A stretch of DNA of 64,000 nucleotides from Tubiluchus corallicola (Eukaryota; Animalia; Priapulida). The DNA lies in NCBI GenBank assembly GCA_030141605.1, contig JAQGDQ010000249.1, positions 1 to 64,000 of the forward strand, given 5' to 3'. The first letter of the stretch is position 1. Each line of letters opens with the position of its first letter. Positions 24,761 to 36,897 of this stretch are shown piece after piece. Both the position numbers and the translations under genes were made by a program. The notes under the pieces were generated by a model. The model had not been told where the DNA came from. It did no database searches and was given only the letters and a program-made list of their open reading frames with translations.

Positions 24761-25789
24761 TAATGTGTTTTTCGCCGGTTTAAAAATGATGGGAAAAATG
24801 CGTTAAGATTTAACAATGTCTGCTGTCTGTCTTCAGTCAACATTAACATACATGCACTTGTGATATGTGAACATTTGGAAGTTGCATCAGTTTGCAAGAG
24901 TTGCATTGTATTTGATGTGAACAAGAGTTCGTGACTATTGGACTTAACCGTCCTTAAACCTGCATTATTACGAATCTCCTGCAGTGTTCTATACACGTAT
25001 TTATTCTTTATATGCCTACTTAACAGTCAGGTAACAGATGAGTTACTAGTAACTTTTTGTCCCGGCAATTCAAGGCGATTCTTTTGAGTATTAATGTTTC
25101 TATGGAAGCTGATTTCAAAGATGCAAACGTCTTTCGTTGTTGTTTTTGCTTTTTGGGGGAAAAAGGAGAATGTTTTTTGTTATTTCCTTTGAAAGGAAAG
25201 ACAATTGTTGCATTAAAGAGCAATGAAACGTTTTCATTTTAGAAGCTGTCGATTCCAATAAACATATTACTTTGTATCGCTGTAATCGAAGATTTTCCTC
25301 ATTGCCTAAGCAATAGATTGCGTCTGTGGAGTTGTACAGTACATCTCCGTGCGTTTGTTACTGTATCTCGACTGTAATGTATCTCTTGGCAGATCTCAAC
25401 ATATATGTACCATTACGTGCTTGCCGACTGCAAGAAATATTTATTATGAGTAATCGATTCGTACACGTATAATAATATATGACGTATTCTTTTGAAAAGC
25501 TAAATATATACGTATGATAGTGACTTCCACTTCATATACCTATGATAATATTTGGTAACACACTTATGACAAATTTTTGATGTTAGTTTTGCAAGTTTTG
25601 AAATTTTGTTAAGTCTTAAGCATAACTGTAGCAGAGACGTTACAATGTCAGCAGTTGTAGTCCATGCCGTTTCGTCTATTTCACGCAAACTGCATCAAGT
25701 AAAATGCAGAATAAATTTTCTTCAGTTGAGTTTACTGCAATCCCAGAAGTCAGTTATAACAAAACAGTATATATGTATACTGTATACTT

Positions 25790-26448
25790 CCTACTTCGGC
25801 ACAGCAAAGTAGTACGGTGAAACCTCTGTATACCGCCTACTTCGGCACAGCAAGGTAGTACCGTGAAACCTCTGTATGCCACCTACTTCGGCACAGCAAA
25901 GTAGTACGGTGAAACCTCTGTATGCCACCTACTTCGGCACAGCAAGGTAGTACGGTGAAACCTCTGTATGCCACCTACTTCGGCACAGCAAAGTAGTACG
26001 GTGAAACCTCTGTATACCGCCTACTTCGGCACAGCAAAGTAGTACGGTGAAACCTCTGTATATCGCCTACTTCGGCACAGCAAAGTAGTACGGTGAAACC
26101 TCTGTATATCGCCTACTTCGGCACAGCAAAGTAGTACGGTGAAACCTCTGTATACCGCCTACTTCGGTACAGCAAAGTAGTACGGTGAAACCTCTGTATA
26201 TCGCCTACTTCGGCACAGCAAAGTAGTACGGTGAAACCTCTGTATACCGCCTACTTCTGCACAGCAAAGTAGTACGGTGAAACCTCTGTATATCGCCTAC
26301 TTCGGCACAGCAAAGTAGTACGGTGAAACCTCTGTATACCGCCTACTTCTGCACAGCAAAGTAGTACGGTGAAACCTCTGTATACCGCCTACTTCAGCAC
26401 AGCAAAGTAGTACGGTGAAACCTCTGTATACCGCCTACTTAAGCACAA
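25790..26448 (+). repeat. 46-bp minisatellite, ~14 copies
   Basis: Unit cctacttcggcacagcaaagtagtacggtgaaacctctgtataccg. Confidence 0.97.
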
Positions 26449-26608
26449 CAAAGAAACTTTGCATTATAGCGAGTTTTTCATTATATCGAGGTGCATTAAT
26501 ACATACATGTCTACGCAAATATAGTTTTGCTTTTCCAAAAATTTGGACTTTAAGTGTGGCTTGCATTATAAGAGAGGTGGGGGGGGGTTATAACGAGGTT
26601 TGATGGTA
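26411..26608. mobile_element. Tc1/mariner-pogo-like MITE whose left end forms part of the 46-bp unit
   Basis: ta|cggtgaaacctctgtata ... ttataacgaggtttgatgg|ta, with internal attatagcgag/attatatcgagg repeats typical of such MITEs. Confidence 0.6.
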
Positions 26609-27470
26609 TGCGTTGTTAACCGTTCACATTTCAATTGATGTGGTAGCTGCGAAACAGACGAAACATTGTGGTAATTGTGTTCAGTGCAATACCATAGTTT
26701 ATTAGTATATTACAATGTCATTATACATCATACATTATACACATTAAATCATCAGCTGCTATATCAATTAACTTTATTTATGTCTTGTTTACAAACACTT
26801 TGCTCAAAAGCCATGATGCTGTAAGCTGTATTAAGTAAAAGTGGAATAAACTTTGTTGCTTTGCAATTTTTTGCTTAGAAATATGATTTGATGATAATTT
26901 TATGCGTGACAGTGTGATATCGTAAAAAGCCTTTTCACAGTTTCGTTGTGCATTTGCACAGTTGCTGCTGGTCAAATGTTAAGTGTGCCACAGCAACGCG
27001 TCTTTACTGCAACTGCCACACGATGTGTAAAGCAAAACTGTCTGCTGCAGCAGTTAACTAACTTTAGTTGTTTTACGTGGACTTTACTTAATTATGCAAT
27101 AGTCTGTGCATAGAGTGATTTACTAGCAGGATCTTGCTTGTAAACAAGAAAAAATAAACTAGGCAAGGTTCTAGCTAGCTGTTAAAACTGTTACTATTAC
27201 AATAGCACGGGCTGCGAGGTGTTGTCAAGTGTACACAAATGTGTTGCCTGGTACACTAGACCGTTGACCTTTTCACGATCATCATCAATCGCTGGAACTG
27301 TGAAAAGGCTTATTCCATCATCATCTTAAATTATAACTCGCACTTGACAAACTAGCTAATTTATTCTGATTTTATTACACAATTAGGCCTACATGAGATT
27401 TTACATAATCAAATGATAATATTAATAAATGTTCAAATATGAAACTGTAAACAGTTTGACATGACATATT

Positions 27471-27968
27471 CAGGGATGAGAATGACAAATTGCAAAAAAC
27501 TCTGAAACAGGCCGGGGTTTTTGGTGCCACCTAGGCCCCTTTTGGGGCCAGCAACAAATTGCAATTTTCTGACCATAGAGAGCCTCTAAGTGGACTCAAA
27601 ATATCAATTACCTTGTTTCATGCATAATTTAAAATACCCAACTATCAAGGATACATGATACCTAATTGTCTCAAAAACGCCTAAGTACTGGCCGCTCCTA
27701 TGCAAAAGTATATAAAAACTGTCTGCAATTGACTCAAATAACTCTGCACAATTGATTCTATATTTTTATACATGGAGATATACACGTGGTTACACTGATG
27801 TACGTGATGTAAACAAAGTGACGGCCTGCCAACTAGCGGTCAGCTTGTGAAATAATGTACTGGGTCCGTAAAAATTTTCTCAACAAATTTACGCGATTTA
27901 CAAAAATGGCACTACTGGTCTTCCAAAAACTCGGAATTCCGCGTATCCGCGGAAAATTCTCATCCCTG
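27471..27968. mobile_element. MITE with 13-bp TIRs (cagggatgagaat)
   Basis: Perfect TIRs cagggatgagaat / attctcatccctg; catatt on both flanks; second copy at 30875. Confidence 0.85.
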
Positions 27969-28454
27969 CATATTGTGCAAAAACATATAGTGCCATCTAT
28001 TATCAAACAAAGGAATCATTATCAATACTTACAGTACAACTGAATACAAACATTTTCGTGTATTCATTTTACACAACACTTAATGTGTTAAACTGACACT
28101 AACAAGAAAATGTTACAGCAAATCAATAAAATTACAACTAGCTACAGCATAGCTGCTTGGTTTGGCTATAAACATTTTTAAGCAACACTCAATAGGCTTA
28201 ATTTAATGGCCACATATCTATTTTGCATATATAAATAAATAATCTTATAAACTTACTTATACTTACATATTTCATTTATTTTAAATACTACAGATCAACA
28301 ACATTTTTGGAAGAAAGTAATGTAAATTAAATGCTGTAAACTCTTTCCTAATAATTATAGATAAATTAGTTACAAAAAGTGCACGACATTCAGAGGGGGA
28401 CTGGTGGTGGTTTGGTGAAGTGAGCAGCTGAAACTCCCAAAAACAGAGAGGTCA

Positions 28455-30040
28455 AATGGTTTGTGTATCTGTGTAACTGTGCGCTTTGATAAATGGCTGT
28501 TGGATCGACAGGCTAGCTACCTGTCCTTGCATCTAGAAGTAAAATGGTTTGTGTATCCGTGTAACTGTGCGCTTTGATAAATGGCTGTTGGATCGACAGG
28601 CTAGCCACCTGTCCTTGCATCGAGAAGTAAAATGGTTTGTGTATCCATAACTGTGCGCTTTGATAAATGGCTGTTGGATCGACAGGCTAGCCACCTGTCC
28701 TTGCATCTAGAAGTAAAATTGTTTGTGTAACTGTCCGCTTTGATAAATGGCTGTTGGATCGACAGGCTAGCCACCTGTCCTTGCATCTAGAAGTAAATGG
28801 TTTGTGTAACTGTGCGTTTTGATAAATGGCTGTTGGATCGACAGGCTAGCCACCTGTCATTGCATCTGGAAGTAAAATGGTTTGTGTAACTGTGCGCTTT
28901 GATAAATGGCTGTTGGATCGACAGGCTAGCTACCTGTCCTTGCATCGAGAAGTAAAATGGTTTGTGTAACTGTGCGCTTTGATAAATGACTGTTGGATCG
29001 ACAGGCTAGCCACCTGTCCTTGCATCTAGAAGTAAAATTGTTTGTGTAACTGTGCGCTTTGATGAATGGCTGTTGGATCGACAGGCTAGCCACCTGTCCT
29101 TGCATCTAGAAGTAAATTGGTTTGTGTATCCAAACCTGTGTGCTTTGATGAATGGCTGTTGGATCGACAGGCTAGCTACCTGTCCTTGCATCGAGAAGTA
29201 AAATGGTTTGTGTATCCATGTAACTGTGCGCTTTGATAAATGACTGTTGGATCGGCAGGCTAGCCACCTGCCCTTTCATCTAGAAGTAAAATGGTTTGTG
29301 TATCCGTGTAACTGTGCGCTTTGATAAATGACTGTTGGATCGACAGGCTAGCCACCTGTCCTTGCATCTAGAAGTAAAATTGTTTGCGTAACTGTGCACT
29401 TTGATGAATGGCTGTTGGATCGACAGGCTAGCTACCTGTCCTTGCATCGAGAAGTAACATGGTTTGTGTATCCGTGTAACTGTGCGCTTTGATAAATGAC
29501 TGTTGGATCGAAAGGCTAGCCACCTGTCCTTGCATCTAGAAGTAAAATTGTTTGTGTAACTGTGCACTTTGATGAATGGCTGTTGGATCGACAGGCTAGC
29601 CACCTGTCCTTGCATCTAGAAGTAAAATGGTTTGTGTATCTGTGTAACTGTGCGCTTTGATAAATGGCTGTTGGATCGACAGGCTAGCCACCTGTCCTTG
29701 CATCTAGAAGTAAAATGGTTTGTGTATCCATAACTGTGTGCTTTGATGAATGGCTGTTGGATCGACAGGCTAGCCACCTGTCCTTGCATTGAGAAGTAAC
29801 ATGGTTTGTGTATCCGTGTAACTGTGCGCTTTGATAAATGACTGTTGGATCGACAGGCTAGCCACCTGTCCTTGCATCTGGAAGTAAAATGGTTTGTGTA
29901 ACTGTGCTCTTTGATAAATGGCTGTTGGATCGATAGGCTAGCCACCTGTCCTTGCATCTAGAAGTAAAATGGTTTGTGTAACTGTGCTCTTTGATGCATG
30001 GCTGTTGGATCGACAGGCTAGCTACCTGTCCTTGCATCTA
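28455..30040. repeat. Minisatellite of ~81-91 bp units, ~18-19 copies
   Basis: Unit aagtaaaatggtttgtgta(tccgtgta)actgtgcgctttgataaatggctgttggatcgacaggctagccacctgtccttgcatctag. Confidence 0.96.
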
Positions 30041-30134
30041 CTTCATGAGTATGAATGAAATACATTGAGAATTGGGATGGATCCATTTCTAGGTAAACAA
30101 TTAGCCCACGCTTCACGACCGTTTTAACATAATT

Positions 30135-30412
30135 TGGAAAGGGTTAGAACGGGTTCATATTTATGATTATGAAAGGGTTAGGAAGGGTTCACATTCAGGA
30201 CTATGAAAGGGTTAGAAAGGGTTCACATTCAGGACTATGAAAGGGTTAGGAAGGGTTCACATTCAGGACTATGAAAGGATTCATATTCAGGACTATGAAA
30301 GGGTTAGAAAGGGTTCACATTCAGGACTATGAAAGGGTTAGGAAGGGTTCACATTCAGGACTATGAAAGGGTTAGGAAGGGTTCACATTCAGGACTATGA
30401 AAGGGCTAGAAA
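30135..30412. repeat. ~34-bp minisatellite, ~8 copies
   Basis: Unit gactatgaaagggttaggaagggttcacattcag. Confidence 0.92.
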
Positions 30413-30874
30413 ATATTTTCAGCAGATTAATTCATTTTGTTTTCATTTTACGTTTAAAATTAAAATAATTAAATAACACAAATTTTTATTACGTTTTCAG
30501 ATTTATGATCTCACTGTAAAACATTTATTGTGTTTTAAATTTAAATACAAAAATAACAATTATGTGCTTCCCTTAAAACTGTATTTTTCTTGTGTTTTGA
30601 TTTAAAACACAAAATTAAAAAGTAATCATAAAATTAATAATCAATGCATTAAAAATTCGGTACGTGTCACGGCGCCTTTTTGTGCGCTCACTCCCCCTAA
30701 TTTTAGAACCCGGCTACGCCCCTAACATCACTGTGCATCGTCTACGAAATCGCACACCGTACAATACAGAGTGTCTAAATAAAATCTATTACCACCATAA
30801 AAAAGCTGGAGTGCAGTAAACGTTTAGTGTAATTTCCGCAAATAAAAGTAGTATGACCTGACTCATACTGCACG

Positions 30875-31359
30875 CAGGGACGAGAATGACAAATTGCAAA
30901 AACTCTGAAACAGGCCGGGGGGGTTGGGGGCCGCAGAGCCAGCAACAAATTGCAATTTTGGGACCACAGAGAGCCTCTAAGTGGACTTAAAATATCAATT
31001 ACCTTGTTTCATGCATAATTTAAAATACTCAACTATCAAGGATACATGATACATAATTGCCTCAAAAATGCCTAAGTACTGACCTCTCCTATGCAAAAGT
31101 ATATAAAAACTGTCTGCAATTGACTCAAATAACTCCACACAATTGATTCTATATTTTTATACATAGAGATATACACGTGGTTACACTGATGTACATGATG
31201 TAAACAAAGTGTCGGCCTGCCAACTAGCGGTCAGCTTGTGAAATAATGTACTGGGTCCGTAAAAATTTTCTCAACGAATTCACGAGATTTACAAAAATGG
31301 CACTACTGGTCTTCCAAAAACTCGGAATTCCACGTATCCGAGGAAAATTCTCATCCCTG
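30875..31359. mobile_element. Second copy of the cagggatgagaat MITE
   Basis: Colinear with 27471-27968; termini cagggacgagaat / attctcatccctg. Confidence 0.85.
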
Positions 31360-31740
31360 CTTACATTACAGAATGTCTAAATAAAATCTATTACCACCAT
31401 AACAAAGCTGGAGTCCAGTAAACGTTTAACATAATTTCCGCAAAATAAAAGTAACATGACCTGACTCATACTGCACACGAGAACAAACCAACCAATCGGC
31501 TTTACGTATGCGACGAATAACTGAGTGATTTCTGGTCCCTGTCTGTATGGATGACCGAGTCAAATAAACATGAAACCTGGTCACTATCTGTATGGATGAC
31601 CGAGTGAAATAAACATGAAACAACATGACCTAAGCAAAACGTGGGACGAAAAATTCAAGAAATTTTATACAAAAAACTTTAGCTCATACGTGGGTACAGT
31701 TACTAGGGCCGACGCAACAACTACAGAAACTAGTGATAGC

Positions 31741-32625
31741 TTGTTGCTGATGGTTATTGTCGTTGTTGTTGATGGTGGTGGTGACGTTGTTGTTGTTGTT
31801 GTTGGTTGTTGTTGATGGTGGTGGTGGTGACGTTGTTGTTGTTCATGGTGGTGGTGGTGACATTGTTGTTGTTGTTGATGGTTGTGGTGGTGGTGGTGAC
31901 GTTGTCGTTGTTGTTGATGGTGGTGGTGGCGACGTTGTTGTTGTTGATGGTGGTGGTGGTGACGTTGTTGTCGTTGTTGTTGGTTGTTGTTGATGGTGGT
32001 GGTGGTGGTGGTGACGTTGTTGTTTTTGATGGTGGTGGTGGTGGCGGTGGCGTTGTTGTTGCTTACGTTGCTAATATGGCACCTTAGGCAACTGCCTAGT
32101 TTCCGAAATGGTAGAGTTTACAGTTACCACTAATATAGCAACAAGACAATAACAAGAGTAACACAGACAAGACAAAACAAAAACATTAACAACAAAACAA
32201 TAAAAATGTCATCACCACCAACAACAACAACAGCGACAATAACCATCAGCAACAGCACTATACGATTACAGCAACAAGACAATAACAACAGTAAGACAGC
32301 CAAGACAAAACAAAAACTAGAACAACAAAACAATAAAAATGTCACCACCACCACCACCAACAACAACAATAATCAGCAACAGCACTATACTATTACAGCA
32401 ACAAGACACTAACAACAGTAAGACAGACAAGACAAAACAAAAACATTAACAACAAAATAACAACAACAACATTACCACCATCAGTAACAACAGCAGCAAC
32501 AACAACAACAACAACAACAACCGTTAGCAACAAGCTATCACCATTATGTATAAACTGGACAACAACAACAACAGCAACAGGAAAATAACAACATCGACAC
32601 AATGCAATACAACAACAACGATGAC
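31741..32625. repeat. Low-complexity (GTT/GGT)n block followed by a (CAA/CAC)n-rich block with ~130-bp sub-repeats
   Basis: Read directly from the sequence. Confidence 0.9.
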
Positions 32626-32766
32626 AAGAAAAATAAAATCTGCAACAAAGCTACATCTGAACACGATCACTTACAAAACACATTGCATAAACCAAAAATT
32701 TCTTAGCATACAATTTTTTACACTATACTTATGCACAATTTTTTATAACTGTATAAATGGAGAACT

Positions 32767-32988
32767 TTATCTAGAAGATTTCAAACACTGTACGAGCTGA
32801 ACAATGCGATGATGGTTCTCATGCAGATAAACCATTGTCTCCCACAACATGCGCAACAACACTTCGCTCTTCGTCTCGTCCAGCGGCACATCGGACGTCA
32901 ATTGTGGATCCAGCCGGAAGTACGGAATGCCGATCATGTCGCACCACGCTTGCGCCCTCTCAACCGGTCTGCCAGCTGTCGATGTACA
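32767..32988 (-). CDS. PLA2G6: Terminal coding exon of calcium-independent phospholipase A2 beta (iPLA2-VIA)
   Basis: Minus-strand acceptor ttttgtaacttcag, then 74 codons: CTSTAGRPVERAQAWCDMIGIPYFRLDPQLTSDVPLDETKSEVLLRMLWETMVYLHENHHRIVQLVQCLKSSR*. This matches the PLA2G6 C-terminus (human [30 protein letters not shown]...LDE...LWETEVY). Not in the ORF track. Confidence 0.92.
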   Translation of the reverse strand, partial: CTSTAGRPVERAQAWCDMIGIPYFRLDPQLTSDVPLDETKSEVLLRMLWETMVYLHENHHRIVQLVQCLKSSR

Positions 32989-33024
32989 CTGAAGTTACAA
33001 AATTAAAAACAGTTTAGAGATCTT

Positions 33025-33335
33025 TCAATTCAATTCAATTTCAATTTATTTATCTCTTTATGATACTACAATAAAAACATGATTAATAAAAGAATCGATA
33101 ATAAGTTTTGAAGAATGGTTAAAATGAATAGATAGATCTAGAATTAGAAAAAGGATAGCGAAAGGACAATTCAATTCAATTTCAATTTATTTATCTCTTT
33201 ATAATACTACAATAAAACATGATTAATAAAAGGATCGCTAATAAGTTTTGAAGAATGGTTAAAATGTATAGATAGATCTAGAACTAGGGAAAGGATAGCG
33301 AAAAGACTATAAAGTCACCTAGTCTGCTATCCTTA
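33025..33335 (-). repeat. Tandem duplication (~140 bp x2) resembling a non-LTR element 3' tail
   Basis: Two copies starting caattcaattcaatttcaatttattta, i.e. aataaa plus (attga)n on the minus strand. Confidence 0.55.
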
Positions 33336-33394
33336 ACGATCTAGAACTATGCACATGGTCATTTAAGTAAAGCTTCTTAACAAATGCTCAAATT

Positions 33395-33903
33395 CAGTGG
33401 CGGCTCGTGTATAGGTACTATGGAACTGCAGCACCCCCTATTTTAGCTCGATATTATCGATAAAATTCAATGTAATAAATCTTTTTCCTTTAGTTCTTTC
33501 TTTATACTTGTATGGAACCAGAGCACGTGAGGGTAGTACTGTTTGCTTCACAGCCCAGCACAGTGCGCTCCAGCAACGCGGTGTTTGGCTGTTGTGCACA
33601 TGCAGCCATTTGCACGCGTCTGAGCCCAGGTAGAGAAAGTACTGTCACTCACACAGTTTCTTGTCAGTTGTCACGTGCTTACCGTGAACGGGTCAAGCTT
33701 GAACTGCGACAATTTAGGCTATTAGTAAGCAAAAAATTTTGCTTAGGATTTTAGCAAGTTTATGTATAAATTTTCGTGTTTGTTTGTTAAAAATTACACA
33801 TTACAACATTAAAATTACATGTTTGTTTCGTTTTACACAGTACTAAAATGGCAAAATTTTCTGAAGCAGCACCCCCAGTAATTTTAGCTACGAGCTGCCA
33901 CTG
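33395..33903. mobile_element. hAT-type MITE
   Basis: TIRs cagtggcggctcgt / acgagctgccactg; flanks ctcaaatt / gtcaaatt (7 of 8 bp TSD). Confidence 0.8.
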
Positions 33904-35399
33904 GTCAAATTTAATGTAAAAACGAGTTTTCCATAATAAAAACATGCAAACGTAACTAATTTTATTAAGTTAACGGCTTCCTTCCTATACAAATCGGGCG
34001 CCGAAGTTGCATTTCCCCAAAATATTTTGTTCGGTTTTACTCGTGAAACTTCGGATAATCGCAGGCTAAATAAGCAACGGTTCCCTTAGATACCGTGCCG
34101 TTTCTGTCATTTGTCAATTGCCCCTGAATTTGTCAACAATGCTACACAGTGAAAATTTGACACAAGACATCATCATCATCATATGCCCATTACGTCTATT
34201 GTAGACACTGGGCGGACAGAACTCTAAAATAAAATAAAAGAAATCTGCCCTTAAGACAGGTAAACGCAGCAGTTAATCCAGCAAAAAACTAGACTCCGCT
34301 ATGTCAGTTGTTTGTCAGCACCACTTCCACTTGAAACGAGCACAACTTATTTAAATTGACGCGATGCCGCGAGACACCAAACTGAAACGCTGGCGTAACT
34401 AAGGATTGAATTTTGCTGGCGCCATCTAATGAGTAAAATGCGTAAAAATCAAGTTCCAAATTTTCTTCGGAAATGACGCCTTTACACCAGATTTCCTCTT
34501 ACATAAACCACCAAGAAAAAATTAAAAATCTCAGAGAATCTTAGTTAGAGCCTTTTATTTCCGTTATGGTATAAAACCTAAACTTCATAAAGTATTTGAC
34601 TTTTATAAACACTTTTAAATTGCTGAAATTTGCAATGCCATTCTACCTAGAAATTTAACAAAATTCAAGCTAACAAACTTTCTGCATTTTTATTAAATAG
34701 TGTTCTAGCCACGCATCGTGTTCAACTTCACAAATGTTGCGAAGCGTTTGAAAAGCAACCAAATGGAAAAAAAAGATATTCCATCACATTCAAACATTAC
34801 ACAGCTGTTACAACAATTATCACAACAACAGTTACACAGCCGTTACGCCTTTTCAACAATTTTTTAACTCTTCTGTTCACTTGTGCAATCAACGTCGAAG
34901 ATTTCCGTTATTATTTTTTAATCTAAGGCTTTAGAGGAATTTTCTTGAGTCATTACTTTACTTGACCAATCCGCCTCCCGTGTTTCTGAAATTCGCGTGC
35001 ATTTATGCAACTCATTTGTCAAGGTTGACTGACTGATTTATTTCGTTTTCGTTTTAAGTTTAAAATTAAAATAACTAAATACACATTTTATGTTTTGAGA
35101 TTTCTATGCTCACTCTAAAATTTTCATTGTGTTTTAAATTTAAATACAAAATAACAATTATGTAATTCCTTCAAAACTGTATCTTTCTCATGATTTGATT
35201 TTCAACACAAAATTAAAATGTATAATCAATGCGTTGATAATCAGTGCATATGTGTCACCACGCCTTGCTACCCCTAACTATAGAACCTGGCTACGACCCT
35301 GGTGATACCAGTGTGATTGTTTAGTAGTCAAGGCTGGCTTCATAAATACTTTCTTTCTTAATATAATATTATATTCTTAAAATAATTGCTTAATATCAC

Positions 35400-36560
35400 A
35401 GACTTTAAGAAATGGATTAGTAGCCAATTTATGGGTGCGGCCATCATAGTGTGTCTTCATCATCGTTATCATCGCAGCTTCTCTCATTACGGGTTCCGTC
35501 ATAAAATCTGCTCCAATCAGTGCTTTGATCCAAAACTAACCTGTATATGCAAGCCTTGTAACTCAAAAACTGGTAGATACCATCTCTTGGCATCTACAGC
35601 AAATGCGATAATTTAATATACACGCCTAAAAATTTGGAGTGTTTGGGAACGGGGTCACCATGATGGGGTCACCAGGTGACTAGGTACATCCTATACCATC
35701 GGTGTTTCAGAACTGGGGTATACTAGTAAACGATTTGCGATTATGTAATAATTTTACAAGTTTATGAAAGTTTTTGCTCAATATAATATCATTCAGCTTT
35801 GTCTGCTTTCTCTCTGCAAAAATTTTCATTGATTTCTCGAATTCCAGAAACTGTTTTTTTTTCTTTCAACTTTAATCGCAATGTGGAGAGTTAGGAGTCT
35901 TCCTTAGATTTATTATATAACCTGCCGCGATTATGCTTTTATGATCATTTCCGGGATGAACCATTACCGTTTGATTTGGGATAGATCCACAACACAGTTT
36001 GTAAATGCATCTATGATTAACTTGAATGATTGGTTTTCATTGAGAGTTATTAAAGCATCCAGATGAAACATGATAATTGATTCGGAAAAATATGAAGTAT
36101 CAACATTTTCTCATTTCTAAACTTTCCTCACATACCTTTTTACTTAATACATATATATAAATTTCATATGGCTCAATATAGGACAGTGTCTGCATGCATC
36201 AGCAGTCGCTGTCTGTACAAACATCCCAATAAATCAGTTTGGAATATTTGTAATGATAAGATCTAAACATGATTTTGACTCTGGTGAAATGTGAGTGGCT
36301 TTGTTTATTAATTCATACACACGTTAATTACGCAAATGATAGAAAATCCTCTCTTCCCTTCCGGTTTCCCCTCCTATTGGATTTTTATCTATTCTATTTT
36401 ATTCTACTTCCTTCTACACTGTTGCCTTTTTGTTCTTTCTAATGTAATTTGTAGTTTGCACCTCGCGGATAGTGTCAAGCGTTTCATATTTGCTCTTGTG
36501 TGGTTTCTGCATTCGCTAGTGCCAGTGCCACATACAAAAGCCAAATCTTTTAATACCTAA
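35400..36560 (-). mobile_element. Degraded CR1/L2-like LINE remnant (end of the APE endonuclease plus linker); longest copy, upstream of receptor 1
   Basis: Paralogous copies translate as LINEPTHISPESKSCLDLIITN...HCPI (40396..40605-) and IRPGNDPWMNPNIR...RNRLYNK (60916..61119-), both typical EN-RT ORF2 motifs. Confidence 0.7.
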
Positions 36561-36790
36561 CAAAAAAGTGTAGCCAATAACGTTTATGTTATTAGTTTAG
36601 GTGTTGAGGTACCATTAGCTATGTGGTAATATTAACAGAGCAGGCAACACGAGAAGCCTTATTAAACACTAGACAGCTTGACAGACAAAACAAACACGTA
36701 GACTGGCACCCTGTCAATTAGCGTACAGACAATTATGATTAATGCAAATATTTTTACAACGTAATCGACCATAACATATTGGCATTGTAG

Positions 36791-36797
36791 TATAAAA
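36791..36797 (+). promoter_or_regulatory. TATA box of receptor 1; equivalents at 41119, 45253, 56834 and 62033, shortened to tataag at 52549
   Basis: cattgtagTATAAAAgtggtc is conserved ~105-110 bp upstream of each ATG. Confidence 0.65.
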
Positions 36798-36897
36798 GTG
36801 GTCAGGCGAAAACATTTTCATCTTCGCTGCTTAGCCATATTATGACTGTATAATGTGAATCAGCTAACGTTCATCATTCGATTTTACAAAGCAAAAA

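Noticed and set aside
28601-29957. Repeated MQGQVASLSIQQPF ORFs
   Set aside because: Minisatellite translations with frame-shifting unit lengths.
30135-30412. Interstitial telomere or G-quadruplex array
   Set aside because: Only isolated gggttag words inside a 34-bp unit; no contiguous telomeric run.
32809-33017. Plus-strand ORFs listed in the track
   Set aside because: They are the antisense of the PLA2G6 exon.
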